From: Zootoca vivipara
Lineage: Eukaryota
Assembly: GCF_963506605.1 (NCBI RefSeq)
Contig: NC_083277.1
Coordinates: forward strand, 9,982,001 to 10,046,000
Direction of reading: 5' to 3'
Length of the DNA stretch: 64,000 bases
Below are positions 1 to 12,945 of the stretch, piece after piece (position 1 is the stretch's first letter; each line of letters starts with the position of its first letter). A program made the translations under genes and the position numbers. The notes under the pieces are model-generated. The model saw nothing but the letters and a program-made list of their open reading frames with translations, was not told where the DNA came from and searched no databases.

Positions 1-518
1 GGAAGCAGTTCAATTCAAATTCTGATTTACCATAAATATTACTAAAGAATTGTCTTTCTAAATGTGCACTCTTGTTCATCTTTAGGACACACAGACTATT
101 TTGACCCCTTAAAGTAATGGAGCTGTGGTGATGAACTCTGCACTTTGTCCTCCTACTCTGTTTCTGTTGTCTTCCTACACCTAAATGGCACCAGTCTAAA
201 CTGAGAGGTGTTTTATGTCCATGGATGTTCTCTGAACAACTTAGAACTCTGGTTATGCCATGTCCCAAAACATGCAGAGAACATCCATGGCTAGAAAAAA
301 TGCTCCTTGCTTTAGGGTGTAGCCCTCTGCAAAATAGAAGTCAAGAGAAATAGCAATGGAGAGGGCCTCCCCTCAAAATAAATGTTTACTTCTTTAGCCA
401 CTTCCAGTTTCATGTCTCTGAAAATCAGAAGTGTCCTCCCTGTGGAATTCTCATAATTTTCTTCCTGATGTTCTGAAAACTGACCATCTTCCACACTAAG
501 ACCTCCTCTTTTTTGCAG

Positions 519-3500
519 AAATTAACAGAAACGGAGAGGCTGAAGACTGTGGAGAAGTTCAGAGAACTGCGCCAGTTTCTGGAAGAACAAGAAAAACGTC
601 TGCTGAATCATGTGGAAGAGGTGGAGGAGGAGATTGCAGGGAGAAGGGATGAGCAGCTGGCTAGACTCTCCAGGAAACTCTCCTCTCTTGAGAAGATCAT
701 CCAGGAGATGGAGGAGAAGCGTCATCAGCCAGCAAGTGAACTCCCGCAGGTAAGACAGTGGCAGGAACAGTCCAAGGCTCTGCTCCAGGAAAAGGCTGCC
801 TCCCATCCTTTATGTGCCCCTTTCATGTATGCAAGGAGTGCAGGGGCTCAGATGATGGAGCCTCTAGTCAGGTTTGTAATGGACAGGAAGACCCAAGAGA
901 CCTAGGATGCTTAACTCACCTGAATGCAGACTAGAGATTCTTCTGTGTTCTTGATGGAACGGGAGGTGATTTTCTGCTCTTTGCTGATGATTTGTCTCCG
1001 AATGCCTTCCAGCTTGGCAATGCTGCCTTCATGCCCTGTGAGGGCTTCGCCAAGGATGCATTCTGGCCTCCTTCCGACATGAGCCAGTCTCTTGACCAAG
1101 CTTCTCTTCCCGTTCCCTCCACGACTTCTGGGTTGATCCCCTTCTCCATGGATACAGATTGGCCCAAAATGGTGCTCAGTCACAGTGACCAAAGAGCAAG
1201 ACAGAGGGACTCATCCAGACTGCTGCTTCTCCCACCCCTTTCCTCCAGGAAAACCCGCTGTTTACTGCTGAATGAGAGCAAACATCAGCCAGGTTTTCTC
1301 TGGGTTGACCTTTGCTTCGACGTTGCACTAAGGAGCAGGTTTTACCTGAGGGAAAGCAGCAGGGCAAAGGCAAAACCACTTGGAGCCATGTTTTCTGATC
1401 ACAGGAAAAGCAGAAATGTGGATGAGCCCAAAGAAACACTGAGCTGTTTTATTTACCCCTTTGGAGGCATTTTATGCTGCAGGTGCTTTTTTATTTCCAA
1501 ATGGAAAATGAAAATTGACATTTGGAGACTTCAATGAGAGACAAATTGGGACAGTGCCCTGGCAGGATTATCCCATAGGCTTACCTACGTCTGAATTGCA
1601 CAATGCAAACTGGATTAAAGTTAATAAATTATACTCTAAGACAAGAGATGGGCTGATTTTCAAAAGGATTTAAAAAAATAATACAAACTGATGTAGAAAT
1701 GTGAAGAACTTTATATTGGCAAAATTAATAATTTCAGATTGGAAAAATAAAAGCTTTGAGAAACCAAAACTGGCTGATTCCGCCATCCCTACCCAAAACC
1801 TTGGCATGTGCCAGGCAGACTGACATATGATGGCCAGGCTGTTCCTCCACTCTGAGGGGGTCTGAGGGGTCTTCCTAGTGTGGTCTGTGGTGTTCAGTGA
1901 ATTCCTTTTTCTTTCCCCCTCTAGGATATGAGAAGCATCTTGCAAAGGTAAGTGGATCTGGCTCATTTCCATTAGCATAACTCCATGAGGCTGGGATGCA
2001 AGAACCTCAGATATGGCCCTCCAGGGGCTGCATGGGGGAGATCGTAGGACTCACTCCCTACAGCATCTCACAGGTAAAAGCAGGGGCCCCTATTTTGGAC
2101 TTGTAACTCCCCAATTCTCCCTCCAGTGATCAAGGCCAGAGCTCTACCTCCTCCCTCCCTCCCCACATCACTTCACCCAGGGATGGGGGCTCTTTTCTTT
2201 CTCTTGCACTTTCTCTTCATGGACTTTGTAGTAATTTCTTTTCATTTTTTTACAGTTTAAAAAACAAGTTTATTGGTCAATTTAAAACTTTACATAAAAC
2301 AAAAGCACATAAGGTAACGGTACAACTCAAATACTTCGAATCTTACAAGTCATACCCATTTCCTATATCTATGTAAATAAAAAACCCCTTCCCCCCTCCC
2401 ACCCTCCCTGCTCCCACCCCTCTCCACCCTTTCTTTCCTACCTTTTTCCTTACCGTCTTCTCTCCCTCCCTCCTATGACCCTTATTCCTTTATTCATATT
2501 ATACATTATAAATGTCAACTCTAAAGCCTGGAGTAAGAATTCAATAAAAATCATTAACACTAAAAATGTTGGAAAAGAAGACAAAAACAAAGGGTTTGTG
2601 TGTGTTTTTTCCCTATTCCTTTCGCATTCACCTTCCTGCCAATCTCTGATGTATTTTTTAAACTTATGTGAACGTACTAAACCTACTATATTTCTCTATT
2701 ATACACATCTAATACGTCCATTTTTCTTCATGCATCAAAACCTTATGTATACAAGGACTTTGTAGTAATTTCAGTCATCTGAGGAGTCGTAGTGAGGAAG
2801 AATCTCCCCACTCAGTGCCCGCCTGTCCCTCTAGGCTTCCTCCAGCCGGCTTCCTCCTCTCAATTCCTTTCTTTTTCTTTACCAGATATTGTGGATTTGA
2901 ATGAGCTGATATTGTTTTTCTTTTCACCAGGTATGAGAAAAGAGAGAAAAGAGAAGGAGAGCCACTGGCTTTCCCTCCAGAACTGAGGAACAGGATCTTG
3001 GAATCCTGTGATGTAAATCACTTTGTGGAAGATGCAATGAAACAATGGAAAGGTAATGAAAAATGGCTGCCGGGATTTCACACTGGGAATTCTATCAATG
3101 TCCTGATTCATATGGAACCTCCCTTGCCTTTTGCTTTCTTTCCATACAATCTGGAGAGGTTATTTGGAGCTTCTCAAGATTTGCTTGGATTTCCCCCTCG
3201 TGAAGTGTGTTAAAAAGGGCACCCACAAGCACCCAGTCCCTCCTCCACCTCCTGCCAGGCTGGTCTCCCAGCAGCAAAGCCAAGGCCTGAGCTGCCTCTT
3301 CCTCAAAGTTTCCACCTCACCAGCCATTTCTCATGCTTCAGCCATCCCAATCTCCTCAGAGTTCCCACAGTTCTTTTGCGATCAGCCCCATTCCATGAGG
3401 GAGGACTTTCCATTGCACGAGACTCTTGGAATTACATGGTAAAGCTCTGCTGATTCTTCCTCTGCAATTTGGTTTGTCAGCATGCTTGGAAATTCCAGTT

Positions 3501-5384
3501 TCAACAGCTTTTTCCCACCAGTTTACTTGGGGCACCTGTTAACCTTCCTCCAGCCCTCCAGTACAGATCCCCAGTTTATTTGTAGATTTTGAATGATTGT
3601 ATTCTCCCATTTTCTAGTGTGGTTTACCATCTTTTCCCATGGAATAGCAGAGTTTGAAAGAATCCCAAGAATCATGTAGTCCAACCCCCTGCAATGCAGG
3701 AATCACAACTAAACATGCTAGTTGTTTTAATTCCTTAGGCCTACAGTTGTTGTCTTTGCAATTATTTGTTCTATGATTTAATATTTTGTTTGAAATAAGG
3801 AAACAACAGATGCTATGTTATGGTGAAGTTCTGTAAAAAGTTTTTTTTTAATAGCTATTGCAGTGTAGCCCATTAAGCCTGTCTTTTTGTTTCCTCAGAT
3901 GTCCAGTCATTCAGAAATCTTCAGAGAGGTAAATTTCACATGGAGACCCCAGTTCACAGGAGGGGGGGACTAGTGTTTCATGGGGGGTAACGAGTCTCTT
4001 CTGTACAGTTCAGAACCATCCACAGCTTGACTCTAGCCCTGCTGTTTGTACCACAATGGCAGAGAGGGTGGACTTGGAGGTGCAGAATGGGGGGGGGACT
4101 GCCCAGAAGGGTCAGACTGAGGAGGGAAGAGTGTTATTCCTGCCTAGGGAAAATTGGGTTGCTTTTCCATGTGACCTTTTTCAGGCCTGGTTGCCACATG
4201 TCCTCTTTTTCTCGGACAGGTCCTCCATTTTCATGATAAAAATTTCTCCCCTGGTGGATTTTTTAAATTTGGCAAAATGTCTCAAGTTTTTTTGTTTGGT
4301 TTTTTGGTTTACAGTAACCCATGAAAATTTTTCTCATGCATTAGACTCACATCTAAGGCACCAGGCTAACCTAGTCTGCAGCAGAGAATCACACCAGAGC
4401 TGTATCTTAAGCTAGTGACATACTGTGTAAATCCCTTCTCTTGTGGCTGAACTAAAAGGACACTGGCTCAGCTACAAGATCTTGAGGAAGGAGTCCGGGA
4501 GGGCAAGACTTAACATCCCCCTGCCCTTAAGGAGAGTCCATATATACATGTTTAACAGATTAATAAATTGTTCTGTGCACACTTGCGTTCACAAAGATGT
4601 GAACATGAGTCCAAATACTTTCATGTGGCAAGCGAGGGAGCAATATGTACTATTATTATTCTTTTTTTGTTGAAAGTTAAGAACATTGCTACTAGCAATA
4701 TGTCGCAGCTTCTATAGCCTACATAGAATAGGGGTATTTAAAATGAGTGTCGTCATAGCGATACACGGTTAAAAGTAGAAGTTGGCAAATGTGTCCTCTT
4801 TTTTGCTCTTCAAAATATGGCAACTCCACACTTGCCTATCATGACTGTCTCAGCCCCTAACTGGTAACCTTTTGATTCAGGTAGGTAGCCGTGTTGGGCT
4901 GACGCAGTCTAAATAAATAAATAAATAGTCCAGTAGCACCTTAGAGACCAACTAAGTTTGTTCTTGATATAAGCTTTCATGTGCATGCACACTTCTTCAG
5001 AAAGGTAACCTTCTTCAAAAGGTAACCTTTTGAGTTACCCCCCCCTTCCCCCAGGGAACTGGTCTTAAGGTATAAATTAAATCCAAAAGAGAAGCATTGA
5101 ATAAGCCGTGCTTTGTAAAACTGCCCTGCCACCTGCCTCCACTTCCCTGGCAGCAAGCCCTAAACTTCCAAGATGGTAGGGAGGAAGGCACAGGAAATAC
5201 CAAGGGGGTGAGAGAGATGGAGAGCAGGAATAAACAGGCTTCCCACAACACGATTTTCACTTGCGGGCACAAGGGCCCAGAACATAACCCCTGCAAAAGC
5301 AAGGGGACACCTATATGTGTTGTATTTTTATGATGTGAAGTACCCTAAGACCTATGGATGAAGGGCAGTAGGCAAGTGTGATGA

Positions 5385-5429
<45 letters not shown>

Positions 5430-6440
5430 AACAGGGGGTCCTCATCTCCCAGCCCAACCCAGCGGTCCCCAAAGGCCAATTCCCACAGAGATTGTCAGAG
5501 GGGGGCAGCTTCTCTCCTCTCCTGCCTCCTCCAGGTCTCCCCTCTTTCTCCTTCACTAACACAGAAGAGATGAGTAAAAGGTGTGCTGGTTGGTTTTCCC
5601 TCTTAGAAAATGCCTGGGTTGAGAGAAGGGCAGGCACAATACACATCAAATATAAGAAAGAGGAGAAAACTTTCCACTTGAGTTGAGAGGAGGGCAGGCA
5701 CAATACACATTGAATATAAGAAAGTGGAGAAAACTTAAAAACCAACAAGGAAGATATTTATTCTGATGAAAATCTGCAAGGAGGAGTCTCAGTCTTGCAT
5801 GTGATGGAAAGAAACCTGAAAGGGAATATGGTTTTTGGGTTTTGTTTTGTTTTCAGGATGTCCGTTTCTGTCTCTCAGCTGACTCTGCCTAATCATCTCT
5901 TTCCTTCATTTCTCCCCAACAGCAAATGTCACTCTGGATCCAGACACAGCCCATCCCAGCCTCATCCTGTCCGAGGATCGGAAAAGCGTAAGATGGGGAG
6001 ACAAAGAGCAAGACCTGCCCGACAATCCTGAGAGATTCAATAGCTGGTCTTGTGTGTTGGGACGTGAGGGATTCACAGCAGGCAGACATTTCTGGGAAGT
6101 CAATGTGGGAAGTGAGGAAGAGTGGGCTTTGGGGGTCACTAGAAAGTCTGTGAGGAGAAAAGGCCTATTCTCCTTCAGTCCTGGGGGAGGGATCTGGGCT
6201 TTGGAGAATTGGGAAAGCAAGTACTGGGCCTTCACCTCCCCTGATTACTCTCCCCTGTCCCTGAGGGAGAAGCCCAGGAGGATCCGAGTGACTCTGGACT
6301 ATGAAGGGGGACGTGTGTCTTTTTCTGAAGCTGACTCAGGAGCTGAACTCTACACGTTCTCAGGAGCCTCATTCTCTGGAGAGACCCTCCTCCCTATCTT
6401 TTTTCTGTGGGGCTACCAAACCTACTTCAGTATCTCCTGA
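519..6440 (+). CDS. TRIM (TRIM27/TRIM39/RFP-like) paralog A, 3' part: coiled-coil and PRY/SPRY (B30.2); RING/B-box exons lie upstream of the window
   Basis: GT-AG exons 519-749 (231 bp), 1925-1947 (23 bp), 2931-3052, 3899-3928 and 5923-6440 join in frame. The 231 and 23 bp exons are typical TRIM sizes. The last exon reads ANVTLDPDTAHPSLILSEDRKSV...GRHFWEV...LDYEGG, the PRY/SPRY signature. AATAAA at 6672-6677. Confidence 0.9.
2239..2754 (-). mobile_element. L1-type 3'-end insertion with 18-bp target-site duplication
   Basis: ggactttgtagtaatttc is repeated at 2221-2238 and 2755-2772. T-rich tail and TTTATT at the left end. Confidence 0.6.
4878..5000 (-). mobile_element. Penelope-like element fragment with truncated hammerhead motif
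   Basis: Shares caggtaggtagccgtgttgg...agtagcacctt.agaccaactaag...gtgcatgcacacttcttcag with 11496-11622. Confidence 0.65.
5385..5427. repeat. (ATT)n microsatellite
   Basis: Direct reading. Confidence 0.95.
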
Positions 6441-8086
6441 GGAGACTAAATCTGCCTCTCAGGACAAGCAGGAGTTTCTCTCCAGACCAAAATGACTGAT
6501 ATATAAAAAAACATTTACCTGCTAAGAACACTTTGGGCAGTTTTTTCCGGTCAAAATCAGCAGAAATAACAAAAGAAAAATGGGTGGTTGTTGTTGCTTT
6601 GCATTTTCCTTCCTTTTCCCAGAATTCCCTTTGCAGTTTCTTCAAGAGATAGTCACACTTTTTGCAGTCCCAATAAATAATCTTTTCCTCAAATGGGCTC
6701 CCTCACCTTCAATCTTGTTTTCATTTGGAGAGCTGAAGGAAGGTTAACATCTGCATCTAGTAAACTGGTGGGGGAAAGCTGTTGAAACTGGAACTGTCAT
6801 GTATACAAGGAGTGCAGGGGCTCAGATGATGGAGCCTCCAGTCAGATTTGTTATGGACAGGAACACCTAAGAGACAAGGGAGCAAGACAGAGGGACTCAT
6901 CCTGACTGTCCACCCCTTTCTTCCAGGAAGGGGCCCCATGGGCTATGCTGCCCTATACATTTTGCAGGGCACCTTCCCTGTCTTCCTCAGCCCCACCCCA
7001 AATACACAATGCTCCCCCAAGGAGCGTCTTTTCGGCACCAGCTGCATCTGATTTTTCTCCTGGGATACTAACTGCTAGAACAACAAATGCCTATGGAATT
7101 GACCCCTCTCAAAGATCTGGCAGGACTCTCTGTGGCGGCTCCACTAACAGGGCCGCTAACTACTGACTGGTGCAGCCTGCTCTCCTTTTCCTGAAAGACA
7201 CCTCCCCCCCCCACCTGCCTGAGGGCCACTTCTCCTGGCTTCATCCCCTATATGATGTTGGCTATGTTTGTGTGTCATCATAAGTTTCCCTGTGAGCCTC
7301 CACTCACCCTGTTGAAGGACACAATGGTGTCCCATTTGGTCCAGCACCCAAGAGGGGCCACCCAGACGCTTGTGGAAAATCTGCAAGTAGGAACAGAGAG
7401 CAAAATCAGCCCCCCCCCCCCGAACCTTCCAGCAACTGAGATTTAGAAGCCTGCTGCCTCTGGACTGTGGAGGCAGAGCATAGCCATTGTGCTTAAGAAC
7501 CATTCACAGTCTAGTGCTCCATGAACTTGTCCCCTTGTCTTGTCCCCAGCTTGGTGGGTGGAGCACGATAGCCTTAATCTAAGGGTCACCGGCTTGAGCA
7601 CCACATTGGGCAAAAGATTCCTGCACTGCAGAGATCTGGACTAGTTGACCCTTGTGGTTCATTCCAACTGCAATTCCATGATTTTAAGTTGGTTGCCATC
7701 TCTGCCTCCAATGACAGTGAGTTCCATAGCTCAGCTATGTGCTGCACAATGAAATGCTTTTATCTGTCCTGGATCTACTAACATTCAGCTTTGTTTGGGG
7801 GCTACGAGTTCTAGTGCTATGAGAATTATCTGTGGAGATAATGTGCCTCTTCCTGCTTGCCTCAATCGTGGGCACCAGAGCAGGGGGTGGACAGTTTGTC
7901 TCCTCTTGGGACAAGAAGCCTCAACAGAGAAGTTTCTTGAATTAACAACAGCAACTGGTTTCTTGAGGCAGCAGGAAAACAAATCAGGAAGGAGCAGGCC
8001 TCTCAAAGACAACACAACATCTCTCAGCTCCAGCCTCCCTGAACTGTGGAAACAGAAAGTCAATCTTGGAGATGCCATGCACTGGC

Positions 8087-8087
<1 letters not shown>

Positions 8088-8137
<50 letters not shown>
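8088..8137. repeat. (GT)n microsatellite
   Basis: Direct reading. Confidence 0.95.
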
Positions 8138-8138
<1 letters not shown>

Positions 8139-8675
8139 TCAAGCTGCATTGCTGCTTTGGATGCAGGGAAATCTTGCTCTGCAGTGTCTACACCAAGTGG
8201 CTGTGGCTCTCCTGGATTTCAGACTGACACCTTTCCGAGTCTGAAATGGAGATTGGGGGGGGGGGTTGGACCTGGAAGCTTTTCCATACCAAGCAGACAT
8301 TGTTCCCCTGAACCGCAGCTCTTCTCCATTTTTGAAGTAATGCTCATGACCTTCTTTATACTATTCGTTTAACTTTCTGGAATCCCAACTCAAAGACACA
8401 TGCTGCCTCCGACAGTGGAGGCCCTACGTAGCCATTCCTGAAGGTGTCTAGTCGTCTTCTAAAGCCAGCCAAGTTGGTGGCCATCCCTGCCTCTTATGTG
8501 AGGGAGTTCCATAGTTTTGCTTTCTTTTGTCAGTCTGGAATCTTCCACCATCTGGGACTAAATGGACCTTTGACCTGATCCAACAAGGATCTTCTTATTT
8601 TCTTTGCCAAGTATGCAAAAAGAGAGTAGTGTCCTATTCCTCCCATTTGTGGAGTTCACACTTCCACATCTGTTC

Positions 8676-8890
8676 ATAGAATCATAGAATCGTAGAGTTG
8701 GAAGAGACCACAAGGGCCATCAAGTCCAACCCCCTGCCGAGCAGGAAACACCATCAAAGCATTCTTGACATATGCCTGTCAAGCCTCTGCTTAAAGACCT
8801 CCAAAGAAGGAGGCTCCACCACACTCCTTGGTAGCAAATTCCACTGCCGAACAGCTCTTACTGTCAGGAAGTTCTTTCTAATGTTTAGAA
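8676..8890 (-). mobile_element. CR1 LINE 3' fragment
   Basis: CR1 3' tail (catagaatcatagaatc...agttggaagagaccacaagggccatc), nearly identical to other CR1 copies in the window. Confidence 0.85.
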
Positions 8891-9513
8891 ATACAGTGGG
8901 AGTCACTGTGGTAGTAAGTGTGGGTCTGTGGCTGCCCTTGTGATGCGTCCCTGGCCTTGATTTGGAACCATCAAGCCGAGATGTTTCATAATGGAGTCTA
9001 GAACATTTTGGGACTTAACTAATTAACTTGGGGTGGGGTTTTGCTTCTTTTTTTAAAAAAATAGCTATTCATCAACAAAACACAATCCATTTTGTTATCA
9101 ACTGCAACTGGTGCAACACAGAGATAGACTCTTCAAAATAAACTTTCCTCCCACTCCATCCTTCAACCTCCAGGGTGCACATTATTTTTCTAATCAGATC
9201 ATCTATATCTTCTAGATTAATACCTATGACATCAATTGTTTCTCCTTTATAAAAACCTTTTTGTGATAACAAACATTGGTCCAATTTCTATTCTTAATCA
9301 ATTATTACTTTAAACTTCCTGCTGAATCAATTTATTTATTTGAACCTATTTTTGCTAGGTTTCTCTGTTGTCATCCGCCTATGACTCATGACATAGAAAA
9401 GGTGTGGGTTCTCCATGCAAATCAGGATGTAACCAACATTCCCCCTCTCTTTTTTTCCTGTGGAATGTAGCACTTTTCAAGAATATTAGCTGGATGAATT
9501 ATCTGATTTCTGA

Positions 9514-10210
<697 letters not shown>

Positions 10211-10395
10211 CATCACTACCTGCCCACTTCTCAGAACATCAGCCTCAAAGTCTGAATGTCCTGAGTTTGAGCCTCAGGGAAGGCAACTTGCACTTCCCTC
10301 ATTTCCCCCAAGACTCTGGGTTTCAATCTATGGTGTAAGCACATTTGTAATACTGCATCCAGTTCTGGTCAAGTCACCTTAAAGAAAAACCCTCT

Positions 10396-10465
10396 GGCAG
10401 AGTGGCGCAGGAAGAGCATGCCGGGCCCATAACTCAGAGGTTGCTGTATTGAAACCTGCCAGCCT
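10396..10465 (+). pseudogene. tRNA-iMet pseudogene
   Basis: ggcagagtggcgcag...gggcccataactcagaggttg matches the vertebrate initiator tRNA. The T-arm and acceptor 3' strand are degenerate. Confidence 0.75.
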
Positions 10466-10643
10466 CCTTAGTGGAATCCAGCCCTTTAAAAATTTCAAAA
10501 ACAAAACAGATGCAGCAGAAAGAGACATCACTTTCTGTCTATTTAAAATTTTAAAAATATATTTAAAAACAAACAAACAGGTGCAGTGGAATATGACTTG
10601 TCTGTTTTGTAGAGTTGTAAGGGACCCTGAGGATCATCTAAGT

Positions 10644-10795
10644 CAGGCCTGTCCAAAGTCCGTTTCGGGGGCCCGCCGCTAGGTTTAATCTGGTTCCTGT
10701 GGTAAAATCCTAAAAAAAACCTCAGCAACTTCAATCCTAAAAAAAAAAAGTTAACAATTTTGGTTGGCACTTTGAAAAAAGTTTGGACACCACTG
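10644..10795. mobile_element. hAT-type MITE
   Basis: Imperfect TIRs (caggcctgtccaaa / tttggacaccactg) and an 8-bp TSD, atctaagt. Confidence 0.8.
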
Positions 10796-10854
10796 ATCTA
10801 AGTCCAACCACCTGCAATGCAGGAACACGCAGCTGTCCCACATAGGGGATTGAT

Positions 10855-11193
10855 AGGTAAAGGGACCCCTGACCAGTCGTGACCGACTCTGGGGTTGCGC
10901 GCTCCACTCGCATTATTGGCTGAGGGAGCCGGCGTATAGCTTCCAGGTCATGTGGCCAGCATGACAAAGCCACTTCTGGCAAACCAGAGCAGCACATGGA
11001 AACGCCGTTTACCTTCCCGCTGTAGCGGTTCCTATTTATCTACTTGCATTTTGACATGCTTTTGAACTGCTAGGTTGGCAGGAACTGGGACCAAGCAACG
11101 GGAGCTCACCCCGTCACAGGGATTTGAACCGCCAACCTTCTGATCAGCAAGCCCTAGGCTCAGTGGTTTAACCCACAGCACCACCTGGGTCCC
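10855..11193 (-). mobile_element. Sauria SINE
   Basis: Reverse complement of the full-length copy at 35352-35709. Confidence 0.85.
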
Positions 11194-11588
11194 CAAGCAA
11201 ACAATACAGGAAGACAGGCCTGAAAACCATTTTGACTCCCAAACTGACCAAATATTTCTCTGCGAGGAGGGAGGAAATGAAAAAACCTCCCCTTTGTCTC
11301 TCTGCTCACAGATCCTGCCTTAAGGGCACATTTAAGATATGAATAGGGTGTGAATCTGTGTCCTGGCTTAGGAATTAAGTATTTATCATTTCAAAGGACT
11401 GGCCCCTGGTAATCCAACATTAACAGGTAACTTCCCATACAGGAGATAAACAAGGTACTCAGATTTCTGCTGTAGACCGCCCCTTTCTATGATTACAGGT
11501 AGGTAGCCGTGTTGGTCTGGATCGAAGTAAAATAAAATAAAAAAATTCCTTCAGTAGCACCTTAAAGACCAACTAAGTTTTTATTTTG

Positions 11589-11626
11589 GTATGAGCTTTC
11601 GTGTGCATGCACACTTCTTCAGATAC
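11589..11626 (-). ncRNA. Minimal type I hammerhead ribozyme motif (Penelope-associated)
   Basis: Reverse complement of the 11866-11903 motif. Confidence 0.7.
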
Positions 11627-11865
11627 AGTGAAATGGAAGTTTCCAGGCACTTATGTAGAGAAGGGGTGGGGAGGGGTGGGGAGGGGGAGGGGGGATCACT
11701 CAGAAGGGTGGTGGAAATGGGTGATTGACTGACTGAGCGCGGTCATCAACAGCTATCAGTCAGTCAATCACCCATTTCCACCACCCTTCTGAGTGATCCC
11801 CCCTCCCCATCCCCACCCCTCCCCACCCCTTCTCTACATAAGTGCCTGGAAACTTCCATTTCACT

Positions 11866-11903
11866 GTATCTGAAGAAGTGTGCATGCACACGAAAGCTCA
11901 TAC
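11866..11903 (+). ncRNA. Minimal type I hammerhead ribozyme motif (Penelope-associated)
   Basis: gtat-CTGAAGA-a-gtgtg(catg)cacac-GAAA-gc-TC-atac: stem I gtat/atac, stem II gtgtg/cacac, palindromic AGCT in place of stem III. Confidence 0.75.
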
Positions 11904-12945
11904 CAAAATAAAAACTTAGTTGGTCTTTAAGGTGCTACTGAAGGAATTTTTTTTTTATTTTCCTTTCTATGATGTAAGTGACGTATCTGGGGTGGTGGTC
12001 TTGGGCTACACCCCTTCTGTGATGTATGCATGATGCTTCTGGGGCGGGTCTTGAGTTTGAGGGGGCAATTTCAAAAGGCTACATAGGGGCTGGCGCACGT
12101 TTGGGAGGGGGTTCTTTTCTTTCCTCCTGTGTGTGAGAGAAAACACCCTGTTGCAACAGTCAATAAAGATCAAGCTTACTAGCTGCTTTGCTTCTCAATA
12201 TTCTCTGGTTGGCTCTGTTATTTCCTCCTACCGATGGAGAACTCTGCAAGGCTCTTATGTACCCCATAAGGGAATAAGGCCAGATTTTATTTAAAACAAC
12301 CTGCAACCTTGGCGTAATCAGCACCACAGTCTAGCCGACAGATCTGTCGAGGCTGTCCTTGATTCACTTATTTTATCTAACATTTTTGTACTGCTTGACT
12401 GATGGTAATAAAATCTCTAAGCATTTTACCCAAAAGAAATATAATTCACCTCTAGTTCCACCAGCGTTTATGGGAGGTACTTTCTGGTGCAGTTCACAGA
12501 CACTATTGGAAATATTTCAATGAACTTTGTTCACCCAAACTAGTTGATTCGAAGCAGGGGAGAAAGGGCAGCTCCTCCCCTGAAAAATCTCTGCCCACCC
12601 CCACCAGATCCCAGAGCTGAGCAGGGGATCAAGATGTCCAATCCAGGAGGTGGGGGAGCAGGGAGGGATCTCGGGCTGCTACAAAGCTCTGCCCTCCGGG
12701 AGGAGGATTTTCTTAAAGCGGAAGATGCTGCTGCACGGTGCCAAGGATTTCCTTTATTTTATTTGTTTATAAAAGTACGTACACATTGCATTCTCATGAC
12801 AGTACTGTATAAGAAATGCAAAGCAGAGAGTAAACGAGCAAGACTAAATCACGTGGGCAATAAGCTCCGGAGTCATTTGCAGAAAAACCCAGGAAGTGAG
12901 ATGGGAGGAAATTACATTTAACTCTTACATTGGCGCGAGGGAGCC

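Larger units (their letters stand above)
11494..11961. mobile_element. Penelope-like retroelement remnant forming a ~200 bp-arm inverted repeat
   Basis: Arms ~11540-11736 and 11756-~11952 with a 19-nt spacer. Flanking direct repeat cctttctatgat at 11482-11493 and 11962-11973. Confidence 0.8.
11340..12297 (+). mobile_element. Possible solo-LTR-like sequence interrupted by a Penelope-like insertion
   Basis: U3-R-U5-like layout: GC boxes, AATAAA at ~12162, ends in ...aaaaca. It sits inside a split tRNA-derived SINE. The 5' boundary is uncertain. Confidence 0.35.

Noticed and set aside
9060-9513. Possible coding fragment next to the ZNF pseudogene
   Set aside because: Short AT-rich ORFs with no motif I recognise; cannot be assigned without a search.
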